NCBI RefSeq assembly: GCF_964204865.1
Contig: NC_135253.1
Span: forward strand, 15,996,001 to 16,060,000
Origin: Styela clava
Lineage: Eukaryota
Reading direction: 5' to 3'
Length of the DNA stretch: 64,000 nucleotides
In this document: one piece after another, positions 23,666 to 38,600 of the stretch
Numbering within the stretch: position 1 is the stretch's first letter
Layout of the letters: each line of letters starts with the position of its first letter
Translations under genes and position numbers: made by a program
The notes under the pieces: model-generated
Databases searched by the model: none
Told to the model about the DNA's origin: nothing
What the model saw: only the letters and a program-made list of their open reading frames with translations

Positions 23666-26600
23666 TTATTTGAACTTTTCGATTCTTCTTAGTTGAATAT
23701 ATGACAAAAGAAGTAAACCGAGAGCCATTGCTGAAAGAGCGACAATGTTGAGCCATAAATCCCAATCAGTACCGTAAGGAATTCCCTGAGCCTTCATATA
23801 CATTTCACCAGTGGTACTAAAAAGGAAATGATGACAAGAATAATTGTTAAATACCACATACAGAAATATTGAAACGAGAAGAGGGGAAATAGGAGCTTTC
23901 AAGCATAGTTTTGTCAGAACAAAACCTCTGTGCACTGAGTAGGTTCCAATCCAACAGGGGATAATTATGTGGGAGAGATTGCTGGACTCCGATCAGCCAT
24001 CTTATTAACTTTTCTCTCCCTGTGATACTTCGGTAGTCGAATGAATCGCTACACGAACAATTGCGTAGTCAATCATAAAACTTTATTCACGCTGCGGTAC
24101 TTAACAGCAATTCGGTGCTCAAATATCTGAGCGAGTCGCCAAGTGAGACTAAGTCACCCGAATCGGTTCGTTTTGACCATTCAACAAGTGAGTGACGCTC
24201 TAATATATGGCACCGAGGCTAAAACAAAGTAGTACGAGTATGCAATATGTCACAGTAGACAACCCAACAAGGTTCACAATTTGAAAATGTGTAAGAACAG
24301 ATTAAAAAATTACCGATGTTTCTGGGGAAAATGTTTTGGTAGTTAAAACACCATCTTGAACGACTACCGCGGTATTAATGAAATTTCTTACGTGCCTAAA
24401 TAGGAGTAGCAAGATTCAGTCACCTTAACTTTTGCTATCCGAAGAGTTATTTCTCAAGTTTATCTTAAATTGAGATTACCTATTGCTATTAAATTATTAT
24501 TATTAAATTGTGGTAAATAGAACAAGTTATTAAACATATTACATACAACTTACCATCCAGGAATTGGCACTGGCGGAGTCGTGTTATAAAAGCATGGCGA
24601 AGGTGAATTAGGATCAAACCCTGGCGTTGAACTATTTGCAATGAAGACTAATCCAGACATTTCATTGATTGTGAGCGCCTGCAATAAACAAGTCATTATT
24701 CGATATCAATACACCAAGGCAACACCCAACATGAACGACCAAATGTTAGGCTCAGATTCCAATAATTCTATGAAGTTTAATAATGAGAGTAGCCTAGTTT
24801 GACTAGAGTTCATGCTGTACCTTAGACACTTAGACAGTAAGGGAAAAGTCTTTGTAATATAGGCTTTGAAAAAAATAGCATCGAGTATTAATTTTTACTT
24901 CGAATCTACTTTTATCTACTAAGTTTATATTAACGAAGTGTCACTTCGCTAAAGTCTTGTTGACAGTGATTGTTGTAGCTAAAAATGAAATCACCTATCC
25001 CCAACAACTACTTTTTTTCAAATTTCCTATTTGTACAATTGGGATCCAAACTTCACTTTCAATTTTGATGTTTATTTTGAGTATATGGGAACTTTTGTAT
25101 TTGATACTGCTTAACTGCCTTAGTGCTCTATAAAGCATGGCTACTCGACTGGCGAACCGAGCCTAATTCTTTATTTTGGATCATTGGCCCCATTTTGGAT
25201 ATGTGAAGGTTTCCTTTTATTAAATGACTTTTATAGCTTTAAAGGTTATTTTATAATTTGCTCATATTTGCGCCTGACGATACGAAAAGAACTAATGCAG
25301 TGCCCATAATAATCAAAGTGAATAGTGCTATCTCAATCGGCAAATAATTGTTAACCTGTTGAGAAAGTGCGCGTTTAAGGATGTCGAAATATAATTTTGA
25401 AGTTTTGTATACGAATCTTTAACTAAAGTAAAGCACAAGTACCGATGCACGGTTTAGTGTGCACATATAATCTGCCCATTGCTCTGTTTGCTGCTAGAAA
25501 ATGGCGGGCTGGCAATAATAAAGGTAGATTTAATGAAACTACACTTACATTTATACCATATCTGAAGATGCTGACCCATTTAATCCATTCCAACCAGTCA
25601 AGTAAGGTTGTTGTGTTTGCAAGAAATCCACCGAACATCATCATCAGCAAATATGGTACCGCAACAAGAATGTTTGCTAACGCAAAAATGCGAACGCTTG
25701 CACTAACTAAAAAAGCAAGTGACGAGGCAGCCATTGCAGTAATAACAAGTGCCAAAACGAAGAAGAAAAACTTGCCAGCATCAAGTTGAAAACCTGAACG
25801 AAAATTAAACTCAATCACCAAATTAGTCAGTTAACACCCGGGTGTACTGACAATGGGGCCAACAATACTCAAGTATCTTAAAATCTGAGATTTTTTTGAC
25901 GTATGCAAATTCTGGTACAGATTATTTAAAAAAAATGAGGAGAGGTTGACGCTTTTGTTTCTTGTATAGTACTTTGCAGTGAATATGCACCATGAATCAC
26001 TAAACGCTAAAATGCAAATTTACGTTATTTTCTATATATTTTGTTTGTCCAAAGTGTATTTTCAGTACAATGACTCAATTACTCACGTCATATTCGTGTT
26101 TTCAATTGATCACAACCGGGAATATTTATACCAAAGGTTAATTTCTAATGAAAATGAAGCTGAAATGAATAACGTTATGTCCGTAAAGGTATTTTAGCAA
26201 GAATATTAATTCACAACTAACTCACTTACAGGGAAAAAGGGTAGTTTAATGTAGCGGTGTGTGCAATTCGCAACAAAAAGTGAACAAAATCGACACGCTA
26301 GAATATAATTACATTCTTAGAAAAAACTCAATACCCGTACGGTATAAGAAAATGAATTGATGCACACAACTCTATTACATACCCATCATGAAATAAATAA
26401 TGGAACTGAAAACAATGTTCGGAATAACACGGTTCGGAATCAAGTCTGCAAATACGAGTGCAAGGAAATAAACAGATACTCTGTAGTAACCACTTGCTGA
26501 TTCATGCCTGTAATAAAATAATCTTGGATTAAAAATATAGAATCAACACAATAAATTTAATCAGGATCATTCATATATAATAACTCCAAATAGCAGCGAA

Positions 26601-29600
26601 TTGAGGACCCACAAAGACACAACCGGATTACGTTACATTCATTATCATTTTAAAAGTGGATGCCAAACTTGGAAGAATAGAAGTGCGTGTCTATTCTTGG
26701 AGACAAATATGACAATGAATCGACTCAATTTTATGATGATCAACAGTATATTATTTTCTTGCCAACGTGGGTTGGGTGTGGGGCCAGAACATTGATGGGG
26801 TTTAAACTAGAGATGTATCGGGTATCGGTAGCGGCTACATTTAGGCCGATATTTCAGATATATTTAGCTTCTCAATATGATCCAGAATATTTTAAAAAAT
26901 AGGTCAGAATAATAATCTTGAAATTATTTTTTGCTTGGATAGATCGTGAACTATGAGCCCCACACGTCCCCCTCTCCGCTAGTAGAAACAGGAATCGGAT
27001 TCTGATCTGTTTTTAGCCGTTTATCAGCCAAACTGGCAACTGAGGGCAATGAGTTCAGCAACCCTCGCATACATGCACAGTTACCCCGATATGTTTCTCT
27101 CACGAAGCGCAATAATCACCAATGTGATGACAAGAATATTCTATTTCGAACAAATTCTTTCACAAAGAGCTTATAGGGATAATCTTGTTATTTTAGTAAG
27201 ATTTATAAATTAATAATTTTAAAGGAAGTAAAACTAGTTCGTTAAGACTTGTCAGAATTTCACTGGACATAATTAAGTTAAATAGCCCCAAGCCATATCA
27301 CAATGACGAATCAGTTTTAATATAATTTATCTATGTTCCATACTTAATTAGTACATTTTCATCTATTGGTAATTAGTAGGCTATATAAGCTACTGAATAT
27401 TACTGATTTTATCCAGTCGGATCATTCTATTGTATTGTTAACGTGTGTCGGACAGACTGGGAGATCGGTGCAGGCGTTAGAGTGCTATTCGTTGTCTGAC
27501 AACAGAGGAAACAAACCAACAAACTTAGCCTAAATCTATTCTTGGATATAAGCCAAGCACTGAGACAATAAAAAAGACAAAAAATACTTACAGAAAATGT
27601 GCTCTTTGTTTTATAAAAAGCTCTAATGCAGAAAGGTTTGACATAACTTGCATCATAATCAGAAAGAAGAAAGCTCCAGCCCTGCAAACAATTAGAAAAT
27701 CAATTTTCAGTACGTCCTGGGAATTAAGTATAGGACTTGCCTATGCAGGCATCGCAAATTCGAAATCTTGGATTTAAATCCCATGCCCTCCAACTCACGC
27801 AGAGTGTACTGTATTTTACGGACCATTGTACGACACTTTATTTAAATCTATTTGTTCTCAACAATTGATTGTGCGTCTTATAACATAAGCCTGCGCTTAT
27901 GATGCACTTAATGTATGAATCAGGTATTGCCTACATCCAAAACCAGTACCAGTATTGCGATAAAAACCGTTGTTTCTTATAGCCCGATGCACCTTATGTA
28001 TGAAGAAAAACCCAATTTAGGCATTTTATTGACAGAGCAATTAACAGGAAAGTATAAGAAACTAAATGAGGCAAATAATTCAAGATTTATAGCAGTGATA
28101 TCGATGTTAAATTTGTTTTCCGATTTTATGCATTTGTACCCCACAACTAATCGATCGACTAACGAAAAACTAATGATCCTCTGCTGCCCACTGACGGCTC
28201 GTTGGAAAGCTTATTCAAAGAGTTTGCAATTGGCGATTAAAAAAAAAGTTTTTTTAAAAGTGGTGGTCTGAGTCACAAACCGGATAGAAAAAAGGCATTT
28301 TTTTTTTCTTGGGAGTTGAAACTTCAAACCGTGATAAAAAATAGAAATATTCGCTAAATCCTTTACTGTTACCGCTTCGTGGTTGGCAAACAATAGCATA
28401 ATATTGCTGTAGCAATTTCGTGATCTAACTCAAAATACTTTGGTAGATGGAAGGGATAATAGGTCTTCTATTACCACCCAAAAAACACCGAAATTTGCAT
28501 AAATTTCAAAAACACTCCCTCGTTCCGCCGCAAATAAAATCCCCGCCCTAAACGAAAGCGAGATTTACCGTCGCTTATGTTAATCTCGAAGAAGACTTCT
28601 TATCAATAAACTAAAACCCGGAAAAACTAGACCAACAGTTTGCGACCGATTGCTAAATAAAACGTTGGAGTACAGCAACGTACCCGCCGCAATCTAGCGA
28701 CTTTTGTCGTGGGTACGTATACGTGCCCACCGCACGGAAAGGGTTAAGTTCTGTTTATAATTTGTTTATTGGCATTTTAGTACTACGAAAGTATAGGAAC
28801 TAATAAATATCAGAGAAGAAAATACCTGTTCTGTAGACCACCCGGTGTCAAGTCCAATTGATAATAAATGAGTCCCATCAGCACACCAAAGAAAACCATC
28901 AGTAGAACTTGGGCGATTGACGTCATGGGATTTCGTATAAGATTCCGCACTGTTCTTCCTGATACTATTGCCAACTATGGAAGGTAAATAATAATCAATG
29001 ATTAGCCTGAAGATAGACGAGAATCCTACGTGTAAATGGATGTCCTAAATGAAGTTGGTCAAATTCAGTTCAATTCTTTTACACCATCGGTAGGCAACTA
29101 CCTTTCTGAGTGGGCAAGTTACAAATAAATTCTGGGGCTCAAAAACTCAATATGAAAAACAGTTTAAATACAACAGCTAGGCTAGCGTTTATACAATAAT
29201 AAGAAGTACAAAGTAACAATCGTGGTCATTATGACGTTATTTTCATCGATATTTTCAGCGTAAATTTATATCCATAGAAACTAAAGTCGTAATCTCAACA
29301 GACACAAGTGGGCCAGATGAAACACTTCAGTGGACTGGATCTGGCCGCGGGATGAATTTGCAGACCCCTGTATTATATTTAGGATAGGGTTTTCATATTC
29401 ATCCCAAGTGAGTGACCGAGCAGTAATAATATCACGAACCATAAACGATATTTTTTAAAATATGATCCTATTTTCTCGGAATAGAATTATCATTGATCAA
29501 CCGAAAAAAAATGTTAGCTTCACAAAATTTAGCAGCGTTGGGGAGGAGAATCGAATCTACTTGAATTCAAGTTGAATCATTTCACAAAAACTCAAAATCA

Positions 29601-32600
29601 CTCAAAAGTCATCTAAATGGAACTCAATGATTGACTTGACTTCTATAAACTCTAACTTGGATGACTCTTGGTTTGAGGGCTTCTACCCAACACTGAAATA
29701 TTAGTCACTGGTATGTCATATTTTTGACAATTATCATCATTCGATAAAAATAGAGTAAAATTTATTATTCACAGACCTGATGAAAGAATCCATTAGGATA
29801 TTCTGTATTGAAATCGTCATCCAGCAAGTCGATGGACGGAACTTCAGAAACTATATGTCTTGATTGAAATTTTGACAATATGGACTGTATAATATGAAGT
29901 AGTTCATTATACAATTAAATAATAGACAAGGTGGTTCGTGTTCACTGTTCTCAAACCTAAGAATTTGTAAATTCATGCGCCCCAACTCAAAAATACCTAG
30001 CTAACAATAAGCTACAAATAACAGATAGTAAGGCGAAAGTATGTTTTATTAATAAAAAAAAACGTTGAAAATACGTGGATGGAACGAAAATAATGAAATA
30101 GATGAAAAGTTTTGACATGTAATTATCCAAAATAAGGCGGGCGAGATCAAATCTAAAAATATTTTTATTTTTGTATGGGCTCTTGTGGGACGCGACCCAC
30201 TGTTTGAGAACCATTGGTTGAATAATATAAAACTGACATTATATAACATTATAATATGCCCAATATAGTGCAAGTTTATAATCAAGTTATGCCACTTTAC
30301 TTTACAGCCAATCAAATGTAAGATTAATTAGCTCAATATTAGCTTATCAAGCCTGCATTACCATTCGATGCAGGTATGCATCTAACATAATAATATTAAT
30401 TTGTGATAAAAGAACTGGACTCGTCATTGCTGCAGGGTATGTCTTATGCCAAAAAATGATCGTGATTCATCCAACAACTATTTGAAACATTATAGTGGAT
30501 AGCAGAATTTATACTTGATAAGAACTTGAAATTGGATTAGAGATTTCACTTTCACTCACTTTGCATTTTACTTTCAAGAATAATATCGTATGCTATGTTT
30601 CTATAGAAATAAACCCATATTACAGGGTGTCCCGAAATAAATGAAACCCACAAAATTGGTAATTAAATTAAATGGGTTTGATTCACATGAGACATGATTC
30701 CATTTTATTGCTTTCACGCTATACGGAAGTGACTGAATAAGCATCTCATCCCATTTATATTTCATCATGTTACAATTATTTGGGTATGAAAGTAATAAAA
30801 CTAACAGTACCTCAAGTATCTTTTCTTCATTCTCAGAGACTGATGAATTTTTGAAAGATTGTAGTAATTTTTCTGATTCTTCTTCATTACTTTGATCTCC
30901 ATTCTCTATAGATAACACTTCATCCAAATGATTTGCATCGCCGTTACCTAGAAAAATATGCAAAGTGAAAACTGAGACGCCAAATTCTTCAACTTAAAAG
31001 TGAATAAATTATTCATGCTGGTTATGTAACACTCAGACATATTGTATTCTTGAAATACCAGGTAGAGTACAGAAATAAATTATCAGTTGTTTTTTCAGAT
31101 GCATGGATTGAAACAGTGGTTCTTAAAACTTCTATGATCCGTAACCCTACCAAATACTTGTGGTTTCCTGCTCTTCTATAAAAATACCTAATTTAGCATT
31201 TTAACACATTACCCGAGTTATTTATGTGCCACAAAAAGTATCAAATGGAAGCTAAAGAATACATACATGTATTTCAGTCAAAGAAATAAACAAATGGTAG
31301 TCAATTAACTTTAAATGAATGTAGTTATGACGAATCGGCATAGTTGATATCTTTGATTGTGGGCCCCAGAAAATTGTTCCATGACCCATTACGTGTGACA
31401 GGGGCCCAGTTTGCGAAACCCCGGCCTAGAGTAAACACGATCCAATCTGGCAATATCCTATATTGAGTTTAGTACAGGCATAAAACAAAAATATGTTACA
31501 CATACCAGCAGATATTGTCACAACCGCATCAAGATCTTCATTCGATCCTGGATCTAGGTTGTGATCCTGAGATAGCATTCTGCCAAGAAGTTGAGCGGTT
31601 GCAACATCACCTCCAACAATGTCAAGGAAGAAATCAGCAGGATTATGAAACTGAGGACAAGTATATCCTATAATGATAGAAAAATCAAAGATTTATCCTG
31701 AAAATTTAAGATAAATACAAATAACATGATCAATTTTTACAAATATTTAACTGAAATTCATTAGTTTATAGTTCGACTTCAGAAAAAACATGATTAGACT
31801 AGACAGTTTAATCAAATGGCGAACCACAGCCTCTCCTGTGGGATTACTTAGCCCGTTATTCATTTTGAATGCATGAACTTGGTGTTGGAAGCTGTAACCA
31901 ACCAGCCGTTATATGTGAGCCACCACAACTGTGGCGAGGAGTAAATAACTGATCTATAGAGCAGTAGACTATGATTTAACAAAAACTTCTATATATACCA
32001 TTTTATGGAAAGAGATTATGTTTTGTCTTGTTTATCACTTAATAGTAATAATATCTTGTTCCGGCATCCATGTGGCAATGACCATACATGGATTCGAAGT
32101 AGAGGATAATAACGAAACAGGCTTTGAAGTGCAATACAATACTTTATTTATGACTTGAAAGTCTCAAAGTAACTGGTAGCTGAAACTTTACAGACTATTG
32201 TGAATTTTTACAGACATACTGTGATTATTTTCATTTCTATTTATTTATTCGTGTTTGTGATTGTGATAATAACATTACGGTCTGGAGTGAATTACAGTGA
32301 AATTCACAAAATTTAAAAATTAATACTAGCAATATTTTAGATAATTTTTTTTCTCATCATGTATTTTGTCATTATTATTTTCATGACTTTGTATACTTTT
32401 AAATCTATTCATACATCGCTTCTTGTGCGATTAAAATAAATATCTGAATTGATAGGTTAATATTGTTAGAATAGATGATCGAATTCAAGGGCTGTTTAAC
32501 GAGAGCCGGTTTAAAACCATGAATTGGTACCAAACCATACTTCAGTGGAATGAATGCAAATCCGTGAAGATTTTGATTATAATATATGAACTTGGAAAAT

Positions 32601-35600
32601 GTCACAGTTCTGCAATTTGAAGGTTTCAAAACATATGCGGCCACACGCATGGCACATCGGCGACGTTTTTAAGAGACTCAAGGATGTACCCTATTTTTAC
32701 ATTACCCAAAGTATTATTACATTACATTTGTTTTCAAGAAGAATTCCTTGAAATGAATAACTCCTAGTAACCTGATACCAGATCGAAATGTTATCACTAG
32801 AGTGAATAGTTCAAACCAAGCCCAGACTATAAAAAGTATAAAAATTTTCATAGCGACCCAAAGAGTTTGTGGTACCGTATACAGCTATCAGAAAATCCGA
32901 ACCCAGAATATAAAAAGTATAAAAGTTTATAGTGAGACAAAAGATTTGTGGTACTGTATATCGCTATCAGAAAATCCAAGCCCAGACTAAAAAAAGTATA
33001 AAAATTTTCATAGCGAGACAAAAGGTTTGTGGTATCGTATACAGCTATCAGAAAATCCAATATTTTAGTTTTGAGAAGGTAAACTTTATATTTTTTGTTA
33101 ATTATTAAACCATATTATAATATGCTCATATTTATTTAATTGTTGACATGTACAGACCTGATAAATAATAAAAGATACCTATTATATCATCACAAACAAT
33201 ATCAAATCGAGTATGGACCAAACTAAAAATAAATGAAATTTTATACAACACCTAAACTAGGAGATGTTTTTGTACATGTACGATTTATACAGGGGTCCCC
33301 AATATGGGCCCTTGGCCTCTTCATGACACTACGGATTGGTTTCATGGAGGCCATGAGCAAATGCCTTTACCCCATACCATTCGCCATATTAACGAGGGCC
33401 TTATTATGTCACTGTGACATAATTTTTGAATGCATAGTTAGATGGGGTTAGGAATGACGTAAGTAAAAATGGTTGAACCGCACCAAGTAGAAATACTTGT
33501 GGTACTAAACTATACCAGACCTTGTATTAATATTCCTTCGCTTCGTTTGTTGGCTTTTTTATCAAATGTAAGGGAAACCAATAATTTTTTATTGAAGAGT
33601 TTGAAAGGGGGTCCGAAATCCTAAAAGTTTGAGAAGCACACTCACCGATTGATGAGAAGTAGTCGACTGCTTCAGATGCTGCTCCTCTGTATATTATATT
33701 GCCTTGTTGAAGTAATATGAGATGATCGAATAGAGAAAATATTGAATATCTCGGCTGATGAATTGATAAGATAATATTACGACCATCCTTCGCAAGACTG
33801 TGAATGAAAATGATTTAATTCATCAAATTTTTGTAAACCAATTTTGGTATTAAAATTCAATGTCAAGTAATACAAGAGAACAATGCTAAAAAAGATTTTT
33901 GGACACAGAGGTCACACATCAGTATGGTAAGGCTTGGAGCCAGAGCATCGACTTGGCGGTCAAGCAATATCGAGGTATCAAAGCAATACAGAATAAAAAT
34001 TGTTCCCATTTAGCTAAAATAAATCAGCAATTTTATTTCATGAAATAAAAAAATGAAAACGAGAGAGACAATTTTTTCTCAACAACAACAATATGATGAT
34101 AACAGAAATGAAAATAATTGATATAAACTTTATAAATTTCCTGTTATAAGTCATATCCCTCTTTGTTCCTGTATGCACTAAATCACCAATTGTTTCCTTT
34201 ACCAGTTCAAAATTATGTATTGTAACATATTTTACTTGAACAAAACAAAATCTTACTTGTACAACAATAAAATAATTGCATTTGCTGTATTTGCATCAAG
34301 ACCAGTTGTTGGTTCGTCAAGAAAAATAATCGGTGGATCGAGAATAAGTTCCATTCCTATGTTCACCCGCTTTCGTTCACCTCCCGATACTCCACGAATA
34401 AATTCGTTTCCAACCTGAAATGAAAATGATTAAAAACTGTACACAATGTGATCAGACTTTATGAATTTATATGATTATTTATCAACCTAATAGATAACAA
34501 ATGTTTTAAATTCTCTGGTGCCAATAATGAAGTAACACAATTTCATGTCAAAATTATCCAAAAATAATAGTTCCTTTCTGCTTATGAACGATACGCTGGA
34601 ATGTGGTTATAGAGTTTGAGGAAGACGTTGGCCCGACTGCAGGACCCTGACTTTTGGTGAAATTTGATTCTGAGTTGAAACAAAATTTTGCCTCCAACTT
34701 CAGATTAATAAAAATTTCGACTTCGACTTCAGCTCCGAAATTTGATGGAAATCAAATTTGCATTATGCAAACTTTGGCATATCTCCTAATACAGTGTTTC
34801 CCAACCTATAGGTCGCGACTCAATATTTGGTCGCCTTGAAATTTTCTTAGGCCTTTCAACAAAAACCTAAAAGTTAACGCATTGAAGTGTTGCTCAATAG
34901 TAAGTATGTATGTAGGAAGTAGCACAGTGTAAAAACTCGGCATCTGCTGTTAGTAGTCAGTCAGTTAATTTTGCGACCATTCAAGGCAACCAGTTATTTG
35001 TTTCAGATGCATGGACTTGATAGTATTAATCGTGGTAATATTAGGGAGTGATGAATATATGACATATATGGCAACAAAAAAGACTTGGTCGATCGACAAT
35101 GTCTAATGCAAACATCATACCATGACGTTAATTGTAAATTTTGAATGTTAAATTTAGAGTTCTAAAGGGCATACCACTACTTGACACAGGCGCAATTTTC
35201 ATTGTCGCCGAATTCTCAAGTGGCAGAATGGAACGATCAGACCGTTTATCGGGAATCAAACTGAATTTCAGTTTGAGACCTGAACTAGAAATAGCCACGG
35301 CTGAACCGCTCCAGTATTCTGACGCGTATTATGTAAATAATGCGAGTTCGTCAAAGCCAGACGGACACATCAAAGTTATATCGCAAATATGGTCCAAACC
35401 TAGCCGTATCGGCAGTCGGTACTTTAATCTAGATTCTAATACATGTATGTGTTAAAATACTTTCGCAGTTGCAATTGATTTCAGAAACTCGCTGACAACC
35501 CAGTGTAAACTTACATAATAATAAGCAGACTGATTCGTGACATGAATTACGTAACCATTTGCCATATTATGTAACAGCCGCCATTTGTAGCATAACAACT

Positions 35601-38600
35601 ATTACATTACAGTGGCGTATCTCTTAAAATTGCGCCTATGGCAAAGTCTAAAATTGCGCCATGGCACGAGCCATGGCTGCCACACCATAGATACCCCAAT
35701 GTTACATTATGAAACATGATATTACATTTCGTGGAATTGGGTGTACGTAGGGTTGCCAACCGTCCTTTATTTCATGGGACAATCCTTTAATTAAGCTTTT
35801 CGGTCCTTGTCCTTTTTAGCATTTAGAAACGATGCTAATTGTCCTTTATTCTTTCCAACGTCGTTTTGCCCGATAGTTATAGTACTATGTTTGATATTGT
35901 TCCGTTCTTGAAAAATTGCTTCTGTTTATGTATTTACAAGCTTTTAAATATTCTTTTCAATTTCGCTTTGGCCCGGCCCAAATAGCCAAAGAAATAACAA
36001 TTTTATTAACATTAAACATTAAATTAACATTAAATGAAAAACACATGGAGATGATTTAATATAACTTTTTAGCTTATATATAATTTTTATTTCATTGTTT
36101 TATATTGTTCTTTCCTGCTGCAGGAAACAAAATAAATGATGACGGTAATCTATGTCCTTTATTGAAACTTTTCATAGTTGGCAACCCTAGGTGTGCGCCA
36201 AAACTCTAACTCATGATCGCGACCAGTGCTTGGATTCAGAGAGTTCGAGCGAACCCGTTCTTGCAATGTATTGGAAGGCCAACCCTTTCTTGCATTTTGT
36301 TTCAGACGTTGAACGACCGCACAAATGGGTGGTATGTACCGTAGTTCAGTGGTTCCAAAACTTATTTTTTTGCGCCCCCAATTTTCTTAAAATCAAAGCC
36401 TACAGATACTCGCGACCCCCACAACTAGAAACGTTCTTCTAAAATCTTCTAAAATTACTATTTAAGTTTAATTACAATGTACCTGTATATCGACTGCAAG
36501 TTGACGGTGAACATTGGCCCAAAAATATTTGAACGAGTCCGGCCCTGCGCCAGTAAAACGGGGAAACCTAAGATTTGATAACACATGGCATCGTATCAAA
36601 ACTATCGTGCAAAAATCTCTTAGATCAGAATTATAACGGTTCTTTGACGAAACATAGACGGACTTGATAAAAAGCGTACGATACTTCGGAAATAGTAAGA
36701 TTGCCTCTAAATATACATAAATTCAAAATCTTAATTAGTATATCCTAACCCTTATTATTTGCAGTTCAATATTAACATATTACAGATTGCTTCATTATTA
36801 ATATTGATTATTGAAACATAGCATGAAAGTAAAAAAGGAAAATATCTTTTAAGTGCTTTTTATTATGCTAGAACTTGTTGTGGTTTTGTGTTTGACTGCT
36901 CGGAACGCTTCGAAATTATATATGAAATGTACAAATACGTAATATTGCAATACGAAAATGTCCACTTTTATTAATGACGAGGCGATGTGGACAAAACACG
37001 TAGCCTGCTCATAGAATATAGACACGTGCGCGAATTAACAAAGCGCTTTCGCAACTGACTTAGTCTGCCAAGACACCGCCTGGCAATCAATACTATATTT
37101 GTCAAACACCAGATTAAGAGCCAATCGCCAAATAAAGCAACTTTACCCAGCTGGTCGGTACTCATTTGGTTGTAACATGATCAAAAAAAGGGGAAATAAA
37201 TAAATAAAAGCCCGTATCACTGTCAATCAATCACATTTACTGATACCGGTACCTCCCGACCAGCTGGGAAGGTACCGCATGAATGTTTTACCGAGCAATT
37301 TTGGCGACGTTTGGACGATAAATGGTCGAGTTATTGCTGAAAATCGTAAGTTAAGCGCGAGTTTGAAAGAAATTAGGCGACCCCGGAAAATCTTTAGGCG
37401 ACTGCATTGGGGTTTGGGAACCACTGCGGCGTAGTTGAAGACCAGCGTTCTGTTTGGCGTTCCGAAAATTAAGTACTAGACTTATGTGTAGCGTTTCTTG
37501 TTGAAATGTAGCTAACGTAGTGATATGAATGCATCTTTTTAAATGAGAAAACCAGTTCAATACAAAAGACACCCGTTCCCAATATTTTGAATCCCACCAC
37601 TGGCCGCGGCGGATTTCCATATTTATCGCGGGGGAGAAGAAATTCGATAAGACGGCTAAGTTATATGGCGAACCACAGCGTCTCGTTCTGTTACCATTTC
37701 ATGTCGGGTATGGTAATAGTTTGCCAGTTATTTCTCATAGCTAGACTTGATTGCGGAGGCAAGTCGCAACCGACCAGTGTGACGATGAAGAGTCCAGCAC
37801 ATATTTATCTCTCCGGAAATTGGGAACCATGAATCCGAGCAGGACAATCAGACGTGCGCGCGATGACTAGCGTATATCTAACACAGGATGCTTCTACAAT
37901 AATGAATTGTAGTGAACGACATATATAAAAATCCAATGTGCTGCCAATGCAGGGCCCATTTTCCATAACCCCAAAACAAATATGTTCACTCACCTACAAT
38001 AAGTTAGAAAATATTCAATTCACACACTCGCATTTTCTTTCACATATACTAACCAGAAAATAAAATTATATTACTTCACCGGTAAGCATCCTTGTACTTG
38101 GGCGCAACGTTTCCGAATTAGATAAAAATTATTTGTATAACAAGACAAGCTGATTTTTTTTGTTGTTGAATGTGACAGGGAGATAAAAATCGAATACCCT
38201 CGGAAAAAACACGACTGATATAATATTATGAGGTGAAGTACACAGCCAGGCATCGGTTTGGCAAGATTTCGATAAAGATAAAACAATTTTATTTCTTTTG
38301 TACTGGTTTTCAAACGAGTCATATTTATGCCGAAGGTACTGATAGAATCAGGAAAAAAGTCTATAGCATAAGTTTATACCACAAAACCGTGAATAAATTA
38401 TCATAACGAGGAAATTTTCTGTTTTCATTTATCGCATCCTGTCGATCGAAAAGAATTAAAACGCGATGCCCCAAGAACTACGAGAACAATTAAAAAACAA
38501 GTAAATTTAACGTTGTTTACAACGTAACACGTTATTTCGCGCGTCGAATAGCATAACAACAATAAGGGATCAGAACATATACGAATATGGACGTATATTT

